Below, one piece after another: positions 18,147-27,328 of a DNA stretch of 64,000 bases; the first letter of the stretch is position 1, and the number at the start of each line of letters is the position of its first letter. The notes under the pieces are model-generated. The model worked only from the letters and a program-made list of their open reading frames with translations, did no database searches and was not told the origin of the DNA. The position numbers and the translations under genes were made by a program. Source of the DNA: an uncultured Collinsella sp. (GTDB lineage Bacteria > Actinomycetota > Coriobacteriia > Coriobacteriales > Coriobacteriaceae); contig CABQLK010000004.1 in assembly GCA_902465015.1 (NCBI GenBank), forward strand, positions 5,075-69,074. Direction: 5' to 3'.

Positions 18147-20114
18147 CTAGCGCAGGGAGCGCAGGCCGCCGGCATCCTTGTCGAGCACCGTAAAGCGCAC
18201 GGCATCCAGGTGCTCCAAGATGCTGATGGCACGTTTGCGCGACACACCCAGGGCCTCGCGCAGTACGCTCGTGGTGGCAGCACCGCCGGCTGCCTCAATG
18301 GCGGCGGCAACAAGCTCGCGCGCATGGGCCTCGGCGGCAGCGGACAGGGCAACGTCGCGCTCGACCTTAACGATCGAGCGATTGAGCGAAAGCTCGCGCA
18401 GGGCACGCGTCATGGTGTCGCGATCGAGCTGCAACTGCTCGCCCACCTCGGGCAATATCGGTGCATCGAGGCCGGCTTCGTCCAGCAAGGCAACGATACG
18501 TTCGCAGGCCTCGCGCACCACACGCGCCGCGGCGGCAGCGGAGTGCGGGTCGAATACCTCGGCACCCTCGGCGGCACACACGCCACGCGAGCAGCCCTCG
18601 GCAATCAGAGCCGCGGCAACGCCATCATCAGCGGCAGGCCACGCAGCATGGGCAACGGCGCCGGGCGTAAAGCCCGTCTCCTTGGGAGACGCCGCGTGCA
18701 TGGCTGACAGGATCGCCGCCAGTGCATCCATCGCAGCGTCGAGCACCACGGCGTCCGCCAAGTAGTCCGCATCACCCACAGCAAGCTTGCGAACAGAGCC
18801 CTGCGCCACCAACCCGCGCAGTGCGGCATCGACCTCGCCGACACCAAGATCCAAAGCGTCGGCAACATCAACCGCCGTAACTGGCAGCATCTGCAGCGCC
18901 AGCCAAGCGCCCACGCCGCCCGCGATATCGCCGGACTCGAGCGCCGCATACAGCGCACGTTCCCCTTCAGAAAGCTCGCGCGAGCGACGGCAGCGCGAAA
19001 GCAGCACGCGCCCGCCACCAACAAGCATCACGGGCGAATAGGACAGCACTACGGCATGGTCCCCGGCACGTAGCGGCAGCGAGTTTTCCAAGCGCACCTG
19101 AACGATACGGGTCTCGCCCACCGCCATGGGGGCCTCGCCCTCCATGAACATGATGCGACCGACGACCTCGGCCGTACCGGCCATCACGTGCACGCGCGCA
19201 CCCGACTCGAGCACACGCGGCTTGGCTCCCTCGCGACCCAAATACGTAAACGCCATCATAAAGCGCAGCGTCTGGCCAAAGCGACCCTCCACGCCGAGCA
19301 TCTCACCGCGATCGAGCGCAGCGACGCCATCTCCCACCAGGTTGAGCGCCACACGCTGACCGGGCAGCGCGCGCGGCGTATCGCCATGAACCTGAATCCC
19401 GCGTACGCGGCAGGCCGTTCGCGACGGCAGTGCGACGAGCTCATCGCCAACCGCAACCGGCGCATCGTGCAGCGTTCCCGTCACCACGGTGCCGGCGCCC
19501 TTGATCGTAAAGCAGCGGTCGATAGGCAGACGCGGTGCGGCATCGGTGAGCTCGGCACGGGCACGGCAGGAATCCCAGCAAGCGGCAACCTGCTCGTCGA
19601 GCGCAGTCAGCAGGTCATCGATTCCCGCGCCGGTCTTGGACGATACAGGGACAATCGACGCGTCCGCAAACACGGTACCCGACAAAAAGTCATCGACATC
19701 AAGCTCGGCGAGCTCGGTCATCTCGTTATCGGCCAGGTCGCACATCGTCAACGCAACCACCATATGCGTAACGCCCAGCAGCTCCAGCACATGCACGTGC
19801 TCGCGGGTCTGTGGCATCACGCCCTCCACGGCCGATACCACCAACACGGCAACATCAATGCCCGTAGCGCCCTGCACCATGGCGCGCAGGTAGTGCGCAT
19901 GCCCCGGCACGTCAACCAGGCCCACGATCTTGCCACTCGGCAGCGCCAGCTCGCCAAAGCCAAGCTCAACGGTCATGCCGCGACGACGCTCAACTTCCAA
20001 GCGGTCGGGGTTTTTGCCCGTCAGCGCCTCGATGAGCGCCGACTTACCGTGGTCAACATGTCCTGCCGTACCTACGATAACGGGACACTCCACCAGCGCT
20101 TGAATCTCACTCAT
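18147..20114 (-). CDS. selB: Selenocysteine-specific translation elongation factor
   Basis: GTPase motifs AGHVDHGKS, DVPGH and TMCD, with a long winged-helix C-terminal extension. The start overlaps the selA stop (ATGA). Confidence 0.92.
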   Translation of the reverse strand: MSEIQALVECPVIVGTAGHVDHGKSALIEALTGKNPDRLEVERRRGMTVELGFGELALPSGKIVGLVDVPGHAHYLRAMVQGATGIDVAVLVVSAVEGVMPQTREHVHVLELLGVTHMVVALTMCDLADNEMTELAELDVDDFLSGTVFADASIVPVSSKTGAGIDDLLTALDEQVAACWDSCRARAELTDAAPRLPIDRCFTIKGAGTVVTGTLHDAPVAVGDELVALPSRTACRVRGIQVHGDTPRALPGQRVALNLVGDGVAALDRGEMLGVEGRFGQTLRFMMAFTYLGREGAKPRVLESGARVHVMAGTAEVVGRIMFMEGEAPMAVGETRIVQVRLENSLPLRAGDHAVVLSYSPVMLVGGGRVLLSRCRRSRELSEGERALYAALESGDIAGGVGAWLALQMLPVTAVDVADALDLGVGEVDAALRGLVAQGSVRKLAVGDADYLADAVVLDAAMDALAAILSAMHAASPKETGFTPGAVAHAAWPAADDGVAAALIAEGCSRGVCAAEGAEVFDPHSAAAAARVVREACERIVALLDEAGLDAPILPEVGEQLQLDRDTMTRALRELSLNRSIVKVERDVALSAAAEAHARELVAAAIEAAGGAATTSVLREALGVSRKRAISILEHLDAVRFTVLDKDAGGLRSLR

Positions 20115-21568
20115 CGAGTAATCGCCTTCTCAACGCATGCGGCAAGCGTCGATGCCGCCGTCTCGATATCGCGGTCGCCCACAAGCGTACGGACGTCAAA
20201 CAAAATGCGGTCGTGCGAGGCGCGCGTGACGACCGGCGTGTCGAAGTCCTGGACAAGCGAGCGCTTGAGCGCGTCGACCGTCAGGCGCTCGTCAACAAGG
20301 CGCACGGCAACGCACATCGTGGGTAGCTCCATGGTAGGCAGCGAACCGCCACCGGGCGTCGACGATTCCTCGACGATCTCCACCTGAACGGCGCACGGGC
20401 AGCCGGCCTTATCGAGACCCGCCACCATCAGCTCGCGCAGCTTACGCGCGCGACGCTCCAGATGAGCCTGCGGCAGCGTAAGCATGCTGAGCACCGGAAT
20501 ATCGCGATGAGCAACATCGGCGCCATCCATGTAGATACGCAGTGTAGCCTCGAGCGCCGTGAGCGCCAACTTACCCGGGCGCAGGGCGCGCATAAGCGGA
20601 TGCGACCCACAGGCCTGGACCAGATTGCGACGGCCCATGATAATGCCCGCCTGTGCGGCACCGAGCAGTTTATCGCCCGAGCACGACACCAGATCGAGCC
20701 CTGCCGAAACCGAAGCCGGCGTGGTTTCTTCGCCGCCGCGAACCAGGATGTCGTCAGGCAGCAGCGCCCCCGAGCCCTGGTCCTCGTAGAACAGCAGGCC
20801 ATGCTTATGAGCCAGCACGGCGAGCTCCTTTGAGCTCACCTCCTCGTGGAAACCCTCGATGCGATAGTTGGAAGGATGGACCTTCAGGATCATGGCCGTT
20901 TCGGGCGTGATGGCGAGCTCGTAGTCGCCCAGATGCGTGCGGTTGGTGGCGCCGACCTCGACGAGTTTGGCGCCCGAGGCCGCCATGACATCGGGGATGC
21001 GAAAGCTGCCACCGATCTCGACGAGCTCGCCACGGCTCACGATGACCTCTTTGCCCGCGGCGTGGGTGGCAAGCACCAGCAGCACCGCGGCGGCATTGTT
21101 GTTGACGACCAGCGCGTCCTCGGCACCGGTGAGCGAGCGGATCAGTTGCGCGGCATGCTCCTTGCGCGACCCGCGCGAGCAGGTGTCCACGCTGTACTCG
21201 AGCGTACTGTACCCGCGCGCGACCTCGGCCACGGCCTTTGCCGCGGACTCCGCGAGCGGGGCGCGACCCAAGTTGGTATGGATGACCACACCCGTAGCGT
21301 TGACGGCAGGGCGCAGGCTCGGCAGCGCGGAGCGGTGCGCACGCCACTCGATGGCCGAAGCAAGGTCGCGCTTAGAGCGCGGGGCGGCGCCGGCGCGAAT
21401 GGCGGCGCGCTCCTCGTCGAGCTCGGCCGTCACGGCTGCATGCACCACCGCGTCGCAGGTCTCCCCCGCCGCCTTCACCACCGGCCACTCGGCAAGCAGC
21501 TCGTTAACGGAGGGAATGGCGCGCAGGCGGGCGCGTACCTCATCGGACATGTTCTGGCTATCGCTCAT
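20111..21568 (-). CDS. selA: L-seryl-tRNA(Sec) selenium transferase
   Basis: N-terminal LRAIPSVNELL, a PLP-lysine region SGDKLLGAAQAGII, and a length typical of SelA. Confidence 0.92.
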   Translation of the reverse strand: MSDSQNMSDEVRARLRAIPSVNELLAEWPVVKAAGETCDAVVHAAVTAELDEERAAIRAGAAPRSKRDLASAIEWRAHRSALPSLRPAVNATGVVIHTNLGRAPLAESAAKAVAEVARGYSTLEYSVDTCSRGSRKEHAAQLIRSLTGAEDALVVNNNAAAVLLVLATHAAGKEVIVSRGELVEIGGSFRIPDVMAASGAKLVEVGATNRTHLGDYELAITPETAMILKVHPSNYRIEGFHEEVSSKELAVLAHKHGLLFYEDQGSGALLPDDILVRGGEETTPASVSAGLDLVSCSGDKLLGAAQAGIIMGRRNLVQACGSHPLMRALRPGKLALTALEATLRIYMDGADVAHRDIPVLSMLTLPQAHLERRARKLRELMVAGLDKAGCPCAVQVEIVEESSTPGGGSLPTMELPTMCVAVRLVDERLTVDALKRSLVQDFDTPVVTRASHDRILFDVRTLVGDRDIETAASTLAACVEKAITR

Positions 21569-21620
21569 GTGCAGCCTTTCAAAAGAAACGTGGATCAGTC
21601 GAATACATCAGCTGAGTCAA

Positions 21621-23738
21621 TTACTCGTTATTATCCTCGCGCGCCGCGATCTTTTCCACGCGAACGGCGTTTTCCTGGGTGAGCGCGGCACCCGTCAACG
21701 GATCCCAACGCAACGGCGTATGGTCGAGCGGGCCCACGCCCAAAGCTTGAGCGTCACCGGCATCGCGGCCAAACGAACGCCCACCGGGGGCGGCCGAGGT
21801 GAAGATGCACGCCGGATGCAGATACGGCGTCGTCTCCACGCGCACACGGTCGCGGCCCACATCGCTCACGAGCTCAACGACCTCGCCATCGGCGATACCC
21901 ATGCGAGCGGCGACATCGGCATTCATCTGCACGGCATCCAGGTCCGATCCAGCCTCGGCGGCACCTTGGGCCGCGAGCCTGCGCGAGGTATGCGACTCAA
22001 AGGGTCGATTGCCGCTAATGAGGCGAAACATCCCCGGGCCAGGCTCCACCATCGGCGCGATCCAGTTGGCCACACGACCCATGCCGGCTCGCTCCCATAC
22101 GTCGCTTGCCAGCGCAATCTTGCCGCCGGCAAGCGGAATCACCGGCTCGCCCGTACGCGACGGCAGCGCCACGCCCGTATCGGCCCAACCGCGCTCCTTG
22201 AGCTCGTCCAGATCGATCCCAAAGGGCGCCACCTGGGCCGCCGCAAGGTCGTCCGGCGAAAAGTCGAAGTACTCGTCCACGCCGCAGGCAGCAGCCAACC
22301 CGGCAAAGATCTCCCGCCCCGGTCGCGTGTCGTCATGCAACACGGGCAGCACGGCGTTGCGGTAGAACACGCGCGAATCGCTAGCGCCCACGACCGTTCC
22401 CACGCCGCGGTCGGCCTCCAGGTACGTCACATCGGGCAGCACGAAATCGGAAGCACGCGCCGTCTCGGACCAGCGAATATCAATTGTCACGAGCAAGTCG
22501 AGCTGCTGCAAGATGCCCAACCAAGCCTGTGCATTGCCATAGCCCGCACCGGGGTTACTGGCGTAGACGATGAGCCCACGCAAATCGCCGGCAAGAATCG
22601 ATTGACCGATGGTCGTGCACAGGCCGCGCACCGGATCGACCAGAGGATAACGCTCGGACCCCAACTTGGGCTCGCGCGGCACCGGCGGCGTCGCAAAGCG
22701 CATGGGATCAAGGTCGCCCAATACAAGCGGCGTCGGCGGGTTGAGCGCACCGCCCGCATGCCCAACGCAGCCCAGTAGCACATCGACCAAGCAGATAGCG
22801 CGCGCGGTCTGGGTGCTATTGGCATACGCAATACCGATGCCACCATGAAAGCCAGCGTCCACCACCGCAGCAGGCGCCGCGGCAGCCAAATCACGCGCAG
22901 TCGCACGGATATCGTCCGCCGGCACGTCGCACATCGACTCGGCCCACTCGGGCGTCCAAGCACGGGCCGCCTGCGCCAACTCGTCAAACCCCGTGGTATA
23001 GCGGTCCACGAACTCGTGGTCGTACAGGCCCTCGGCAATCAACACGTGGACAATACCCAACAGCAGCGCCAAGTCGCAGCCCGGACGCACGCGGAGCCAG
23101 CGATCGGCAATAGCAGCCGAACCGCTGCGCCGAGGGTCAACCACGATGATCTTCGCCCCACGTCGACGGGCATCGTTGAGCGCATCAACGGTCCCCATCG
23201 TCGACGAATCGACAATGGAGCGCCCCAGATACATGATGCAATCGGTGTGCGCAAGGTCGGAGGCGGGACTAGAGCCCAAGCTGTGCTCCCAACCGGTAAG
23301 TCGGCTTACCTCGCAGGCACCGTCGGCACCGTACACGTTGGACGAACCAAGCGCATGCATAAAACGATACGCCCAGTAGCGGTCGAACGAGGGCACGCCG
23401 AGCGTCATGCCCAGTGCGCGCGGACCATGCCCGTCAACAATCCCCCCAAGGCGCGCAGCGATCTGCGCAAACGCCTCGTCCCAGGCAATCGCATCGAACC
23501 CCGAGCCATCAGCTCGTCGGCGCATGGGGTGCATGATGCGGTCGTGCTCGTCAAACGGCATTGCCAGGCGATGCCGTCCGCGGGCGCAGAGGGCACGCGC
23601 CGCGCACGGATGCCCCGGCACCGGCAGCTCGGCCACCACGCGACCGTCCTCAACGCGTGCCGCAAAGGCGCAATCGGCATAGCATCCCCCGCATGTGGTC
23701 ACCACGGCGCGACCGTCACGCTTCACAGCAGATGCCAT
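21621..23738 (-). CDS. Molybdopterin-dependent oxidoreductase (MopB/DMSO-reductase superfamily), cytoplasmic, substrate unknown
   Basis: N-terminal 4Fe-4S motif CGGCYADC...C....C. Contains MopB-type core motifs. No twin-arginine signal. ATG at 23738 has AAGGGG 8 nt upstream. Candidate Mo-ligand Cys in GADGACEVSR. Confidence 0.8.
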   Translation of the reverse strand: MASAVKRDGRAVVTTCGGCYADCAFAARVEDGRVVAELPVPGHPCAARALCARGRHRLAMPFDEHDRIMHPMRRRADGSGFDAIAWDEAFAQIAARLGGIVDGHGPRALGMTLGVPSFDRYWAYRFMHALGSSNVYGADGACEVSRLTGWEHSLGSSPASDLAHTDCIMYLGRSIVDSSTMGTVDALNDARRRGAKIIVVDPRRSGSAAIADRWLRVRPGCDLALLLGIVHVLIAEGLYDHEFVDRYTTGFDELAQAARAWTPEWAESMCDVPADDIRATARDLAAAAPAAVVDAGFHGGIGIAYANSTQTARAICLVDVLLGCVGHAGGALNPPTPLVLGDLDPMRFATPPVPREPKLGSERYPLVDPVRGLCTTIGQSILAGDLRGLIVYASNPGAGYGNAQAWLGILQQLDLLVTIDIRWSETARASDFVLPDVTYLEADRGVGTVVGASDSRVFYRNAVLPVLHDDTRPGREIFAGLAAACGVDEYFDFSPDDLAAAQVAPFGIDLDELKERGWADTGVALPSRTGEPVIPLAGGKIALASDVWERAGMGRVANWIAPMVEPGPGMFRLISGNRPFESHTSRRLAAQGAAEAGSDLDAVQMNADVAARMGIADGEVVELVSDVGRDRVRVETTPYLHPACIFTSAAPGGRSFGRDAGDAQALGVGPLDHTPLRWDPLTGAALTQENAVRVEKIAAREDNNE

Positions 23739-23802
23739 CTCGATTACCCCTTTCATCAGCCAAACACAACAGGCCAAAAGCCCGGCAACGAGCCCCCAGA
23801 CC

Positions 23803-23839
23803 AAAAAAGCCTCCCGCACGGCAACGCCCCGCGGGAGGC
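23803..23839 (-). terminator. Strong rho-independent terminator after focA
   Basis: On the minus strand, GCCTCCCGC-(13 nt)-GCGGGAGGC is followed by TTTTTTGG. Confidence 0.85.
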
Positions 23840-23861
23840 CCAACGTCAAACAGACGGTACC

Positions 23862-24701
23862 TTACGCCTCGGACTTCTTGGCGTAGACAAACCAGTAGCC
23901 GAGCGCGATCAGAACCGCGCCGCCCACGATGTTGCCCAGCGTGGCGGCGGATAGATTAAACGCAATACCCGCGACGTTGAGCGCATCGGCCCCGGCAACC
24001 TTGGCACCATAGCCGCACGCGTGCATCACGGCACCCATGGGCAAAAAGTACATGTTGGCAACGCAGTGCTCAAAACCGCAGGCCACAAAGGCGGCGATCG
24101 GCAGCAAAATGCCCACAACCTTATCGACTACGGTCTTGCCCGCAGTGCCAATCCACACGGCCAGGCACACAAAGATGTTGCACAGGATGCCGCGGAAGAA
24201 GATCGTCACCCAGTCGACCGTCACCTTGCCGGCGGCGACGCTCACCATGGAGTTGGCGACCGCCTCGCCGTTGAGCTTATAGATGCCGGCCATGTACACC
24301 AAAAAGACGATGAACAAGGCACCGACAAAATTGCCGACCCACACGACGACCCAAGCCTTGAGCATCTGAGCCAGGGTGATCTTTTTGCTCTTGAGCGCGC
24401 AGACCATAAGCGAATTGCCGGTAAACAGCTCGGCGCCGCACACCAGCACCAGCACCAGGCCCAGGCAAAAGCACAGGCCGCCCACGACGCGCTGGGCACC
24501 CCAGCCCAGCGTGCCGTCGCTCAAAAACACCGTAAAGAACAGGCCGCCGAAGGCGATAAACGCGCCGGCGAACATTGCCAACAGAAAGGCCTTAGCGACC
24601 GGCAGGTTGGCCTTGGTCACGCCGGCGGCCTCGGTCTTGGCCTCGATCGCGGCGGGCGCCAGGCAATCGGGAGCGGGATATTCTGCCTTGGAATCTGCCA
24701 T
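23862..24701 (-). CDS. focA: Formate/nitrite transporter family channel (FocA-like)
   Basis: Six-TM FNT layout with LAMFAGAFIAFGG and GNFVGA motifs. Last gene of the FHL operon. ATG at 24701. Confidence 0.88.
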   Translation of the reverse strand: MADSKAEYPAPDCLAPAAIEAKTEAAGVTKANLPVAKAFLLAMFAGAFIAFGGLFFTVFLSDGTLGWGAQRVVGGLCFCLGLVLVLVCGAELFTGNSLMVCALKSKKITLAQMLKAWVVVWVGNFVGALFIVFLVYMAGIYKLNGEAVANSMVSVAAGKVTVDWVTIFFRGILCNIFVCLAVWIGTAGKTVVDKVVGILLPIAAFVACGFEHCVANMYFLPMGAVMHACGYGAKVAGADALNVAGIAFNLSAATLGNIVGGAVLIALGYWFVYAKKSEA

Positions 24702-24740
24702 GTCAATCACTTCTTTCCTAATCAGCAGGGACAAGCGCTC

Positions 24741-25244
24741 CTATTGCTCTTGTCCCAAGCGGACAAAGTGGGAAAAGTCGTTGGCGGCCACGGCGTCGTA
24801 CACGGCGTCGACGGCGTCAAAGACCTCCGGGGACATAGGGTTGTAAAACTCCGTATCGCCCGGCTGAATCCCTATGAAGACGATATCTTCGCACGATTGC
24901 TCGATTTCCTCGATCAGAATCGACAAAGGGAGCGAATGCGTGGTGAACATCGACTTGCGGGCCACATCGCGCTTATTGAGCAGGCGGATAGACCCGACGG
25001 GCAGCGCCATGTCGGCGGCATCGACCAAGACCAGGCGAGGCGGACGCTCGCGCTTGACCTCGATGATGTCGTCCTCGGGCGTTTGGCCGCCGTCGATGGT
25101 GTACCAACCGGCAATGGGCGCGTCCTCCATCTTTTTGGAGAGCACGGGGCCAGCGGCATCGTCGGCACGCAGCACGCTTCCCGCCGTGAGCACGATACCC
25201 GCAAACGGGGCGCCGTTCACACGTCCATCCACAACGCGACCCAT
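24741..25244 (-). CDS. hycI: Hydrogenase 3/4 maturation endopeptidase
   Basis: GS..R.DD..G and LVLVDAAD motifs of HycI/HyaD-family proteases. Position matches E. coli hycH-hycI. Confidence 0.85.
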   Translation of the reverse strand: MGRVVDGRVNGAPFAGIVLTAGSVLRADDAAGPVLSKKMEDAPIAGWYTIDGGQTPEDDIIEVKRERPPRLVLVDAADMALPVGSIRLLNKRDVARKSMFTTHSLPLSILIEEIEQSCEDIVFIGIQPGDTEFYNPMSPEVFDAVDAVYDAVAANDFSHFVRLGQEQ

Positions 25245-25825
25245 TACTGCAACCTTCCCGTCAGGTACACGCCCGACACATCGCGCACGCGCTCAACCAG
25301 ATCGCGGAACTTCATCAGAAACGCGACCTGCTGGGCATGCAGGCCAAAGTCGTCGTCGAACACCGAGATGCCGGCCTTGGCCGACCCGCGAAAACCGCGC
25401 TCGTCGAGCAGTGCATCGCAGGCCTCGAGCAGCGACGGCACCGCCGCCTTGTCGAGCTGGCACTCGCCAAAGGAGCGGATGGCCTCGAACTTGGTCTTGG
25501 CCTCCCCCTCCGGCAGCGCGTCGACGAGCGAATAGAACACGTTCACCGGCACCGACAGGCGCGGTTCAAAGCAGTCGAGCACGCCGGTGTGGTGGCCCAC
25601 GGCGAGCGTGTAGTACAGCACGTCGCAGGCCTCCTGGGGAACGTCTTCCTCGGTCTCCACAAACTTACGCGTGAGCTCGTAGAAGACCACCTGGTCGGGC
25701 GTATGGCCCAGGCAGGGGTCGGCGACGCCCTCGGCAGCCTCGTCGCTTGCGCGCGAGGCATCGCCAAAAGAGCCGCCGAGCATGCCGGGGCCCGCAAAGT
25801 AACCAGAGCGGTCCGTGAGCTCCAT
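25244..25825 (-). CDS. hycH: Formate hydrogenlyase maturation protein HycH/HyfJ with a ~45-aa N-terminal extension
   Basis: VVFYELTRKFV...VLYYTLAVGHHTGVLDCF aligns with the E. coli HycH N-terminus (VVFSQLSRKFI...VVYYSLAIGHHLGVIDC). Confidence 0.8.
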   Translation of the reverse strand: MELTDRSGYFAGPGMLGGSFGDASRASDEAAEGVADPCLGHTPDQVVFYELTRKFVETEEDVPQEACDVLYYTLAVGHHTGVLDCFEPRLSVPVNVFYSLVDALPEGEAKTKFEAIRSFGECQLDKAAVPSLLEACDALLDERGFRGSAKAGISVFDDDFGLHAQQVAFLMKFRDLVERVRDVSGVYLTGRLQ

Positions 25826-26608
25826 CTAGCGACCTCCGGCCAGCACCAGATCCTGCAGCGCCGAGTACACCTCGACGCGGCGCGGATCGTCCTGCTTGTC
25901 GATGAGCAGCGCCATGGCACCGCGGATATCGCCCTTGGGCGCGCCCTCGAGCGTATCCATAAACTCGTTGGCCAAGTCGCGGCCGTAACGGTAGCCGCTC
26001 ATGGCGCGAGCTTCGCGCTCGATGGCAACGCGCAGCTTGTACGGCACGCCGGGGTGCAGGATATCGGCCTGCTCGCCGGCGGCCTCCACCGTGGTCTCGG
26101 CATGGAGCTTTTGGTCCAACAGACCGAGCGCCATGGCAAAGCCGTAGACGGTCTGCGCGGGGCTGGGCGGGCAGCCGGGGATGTAGACGTCGACCGGCAG
26201 AATCTTATCCGTGCCACCCCAGACGCAGTAGTTGTCGTAGAAAATGCCGCCGGTGCAGCCGCATGCGCCATAGGACACCACGATCTTGGGATCGGGTGCG
26301 GCCTCAAAGGCGCGCAGGGCCGGCATGCGCATGGCACGCGTCACGGCGCCGGTGTACAGCAGCACATCGGCGTGACGGGGCGAAGGCACGACCTTGATGC
26401 CAAAGCGCTCGACGTCGAAGACGGGCGTGATGGAACCGAAGATCTCGATCTCGCAGCCGTTGCAGCCGCCGCAGTCGACGCGGTAGACGTACACCGAGCG
26501 CTTGATCTTCTTAAGAAGGGTCGCCTTGGCCTTCTCGATGCTCTCGTCGAGCTCGATCTTGGTCGGGCGGTACTGAAGCCGCTCGGGTAAAAGCGTGGGT
26601 TCGGCCAT
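25826..26608 (-). CDS. hyfI: [NiFe] hydrogenase small subunit (HycG/HyfI, NuoB-like)
   Basis: CGGCNGCEIE, GACGC and PGCPP cluster-binding motifs. Confidence 0.9.
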   Translation of the reverse strand: MAEPTLLPERLQYRPTKIELDESIEKAKATLLKKIKRSVYVYRVDCGGCNGCEIEIFGSITPVFDVERFGIKVVPSPRHADVLLYTGAVTRAMRMPALRAFEAAPDPKIVVSYGACGCTGGIFYDNYCVWGGTDKILPVDVYIPGCPPSPAQTVYGFAMALGLLDQKLHAETTVEAAGEQADILHPGVPYKLRVAIEREARAMSGYRYGRDLANEFMDTLEGAPKGDIRGAMALLIDKQDDPRRVEVYSALQDLVLAGGR

Positions 26609-26610
26609 GG

Positions 26611-27327
26611 TTACTCCTCCTTCGTTTCAAAATCCATGATGATACCCTCGACCGGCGCCGGACCGGCGGGGATCTCGGGCGCATCGGGGTTGAGCTCGCG
26701 GTCGATATACTCCGGGTTCACGCCGTGGCCGCCCAGATACTCCATGCCGGGGCCCTGGGGCTCGCCGGACGCAAGCGTCTCGTTGGCAGCCATGCCGGCA
26801 GCGTTGCCGGTCTTTACGGCCGAGGCGGCGCGCAGGGCGTCGAGCTCGCGCTTGCACTCCTGGCACATACCGACGGTACGGGCGGCCTGGATGGCCTCCA
26901 TGCCGCCGGCCTTTTGCAGCAGGCGTTTGGCGTAGTCGATCTCCTTGTGCGGGGCAAACGGCTTACCGCAACGCGAGCAGTGCTCGAGCGTATAGACGCT
27001 CTTGCTGGTGAGGTCGTCCTTGCTCATGACGGCCAGCTCAAACTCCTCGGTGAGCTTGATGGCCTCCATGGGGCAGGCTTCCTCGCAACGGCCGCAGAAG
27101 ATGCAGCGACCGTAGTCGATCGACCAGGTGATGGTATCGGCTGCAAGGTCGGTGTCCATGCGAATGGCATCGGCCGGGCACGCCACGCCGCAGGCACCGC
27201 AGGCAATGCAGAGCTCGGCATTGTGCTCGGGCTTGCCGCGCATGTCCTTGTTGGTGGGGAACGGCGCAAACGGGTACTTGACCGTCGCGTCGCCGGCCTT
27301 GGCGTTAACCTTCCAAAGCTTCAGCAT
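26611..27327 (-). CDS. hyfH: Formate hydrogenlyase 2x[4Fe-4S] subunit (HycF/HyfH, NuoI-like)
   Basis: CIACGACGVACP and CIFCGRCEEACP motifs. ATG at 27327 lies 1 nt after the hyfG stop codon. C-terminal CSRCGKPF...CQECK as in HycF. The ORF-track N-terminal extension is rejected. Confidence 0.88.
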   Translation of the reverse strand: MLKLWKVNAKAGDATVKYPFAPFPTNKDMRGKPEHNAELCIACGACGVACPADAIRMDTDLAADTITWSIDYGRCIFCGRCEEACPMEAIKLTEEFELAVMSKDDLTSKSVYTLEHCSRCGKPFAPHKEIDYAKRLLQKAGGMEAIQAARTVGMCQECKRELDALRAASAVKTGNAAGMAANETLASGEPQGPGMEYLGGHGVNPEYIDRELNPDAPEIPAGPAPVEGIIMDFETKEE

Positions 27328-27328
27328 A

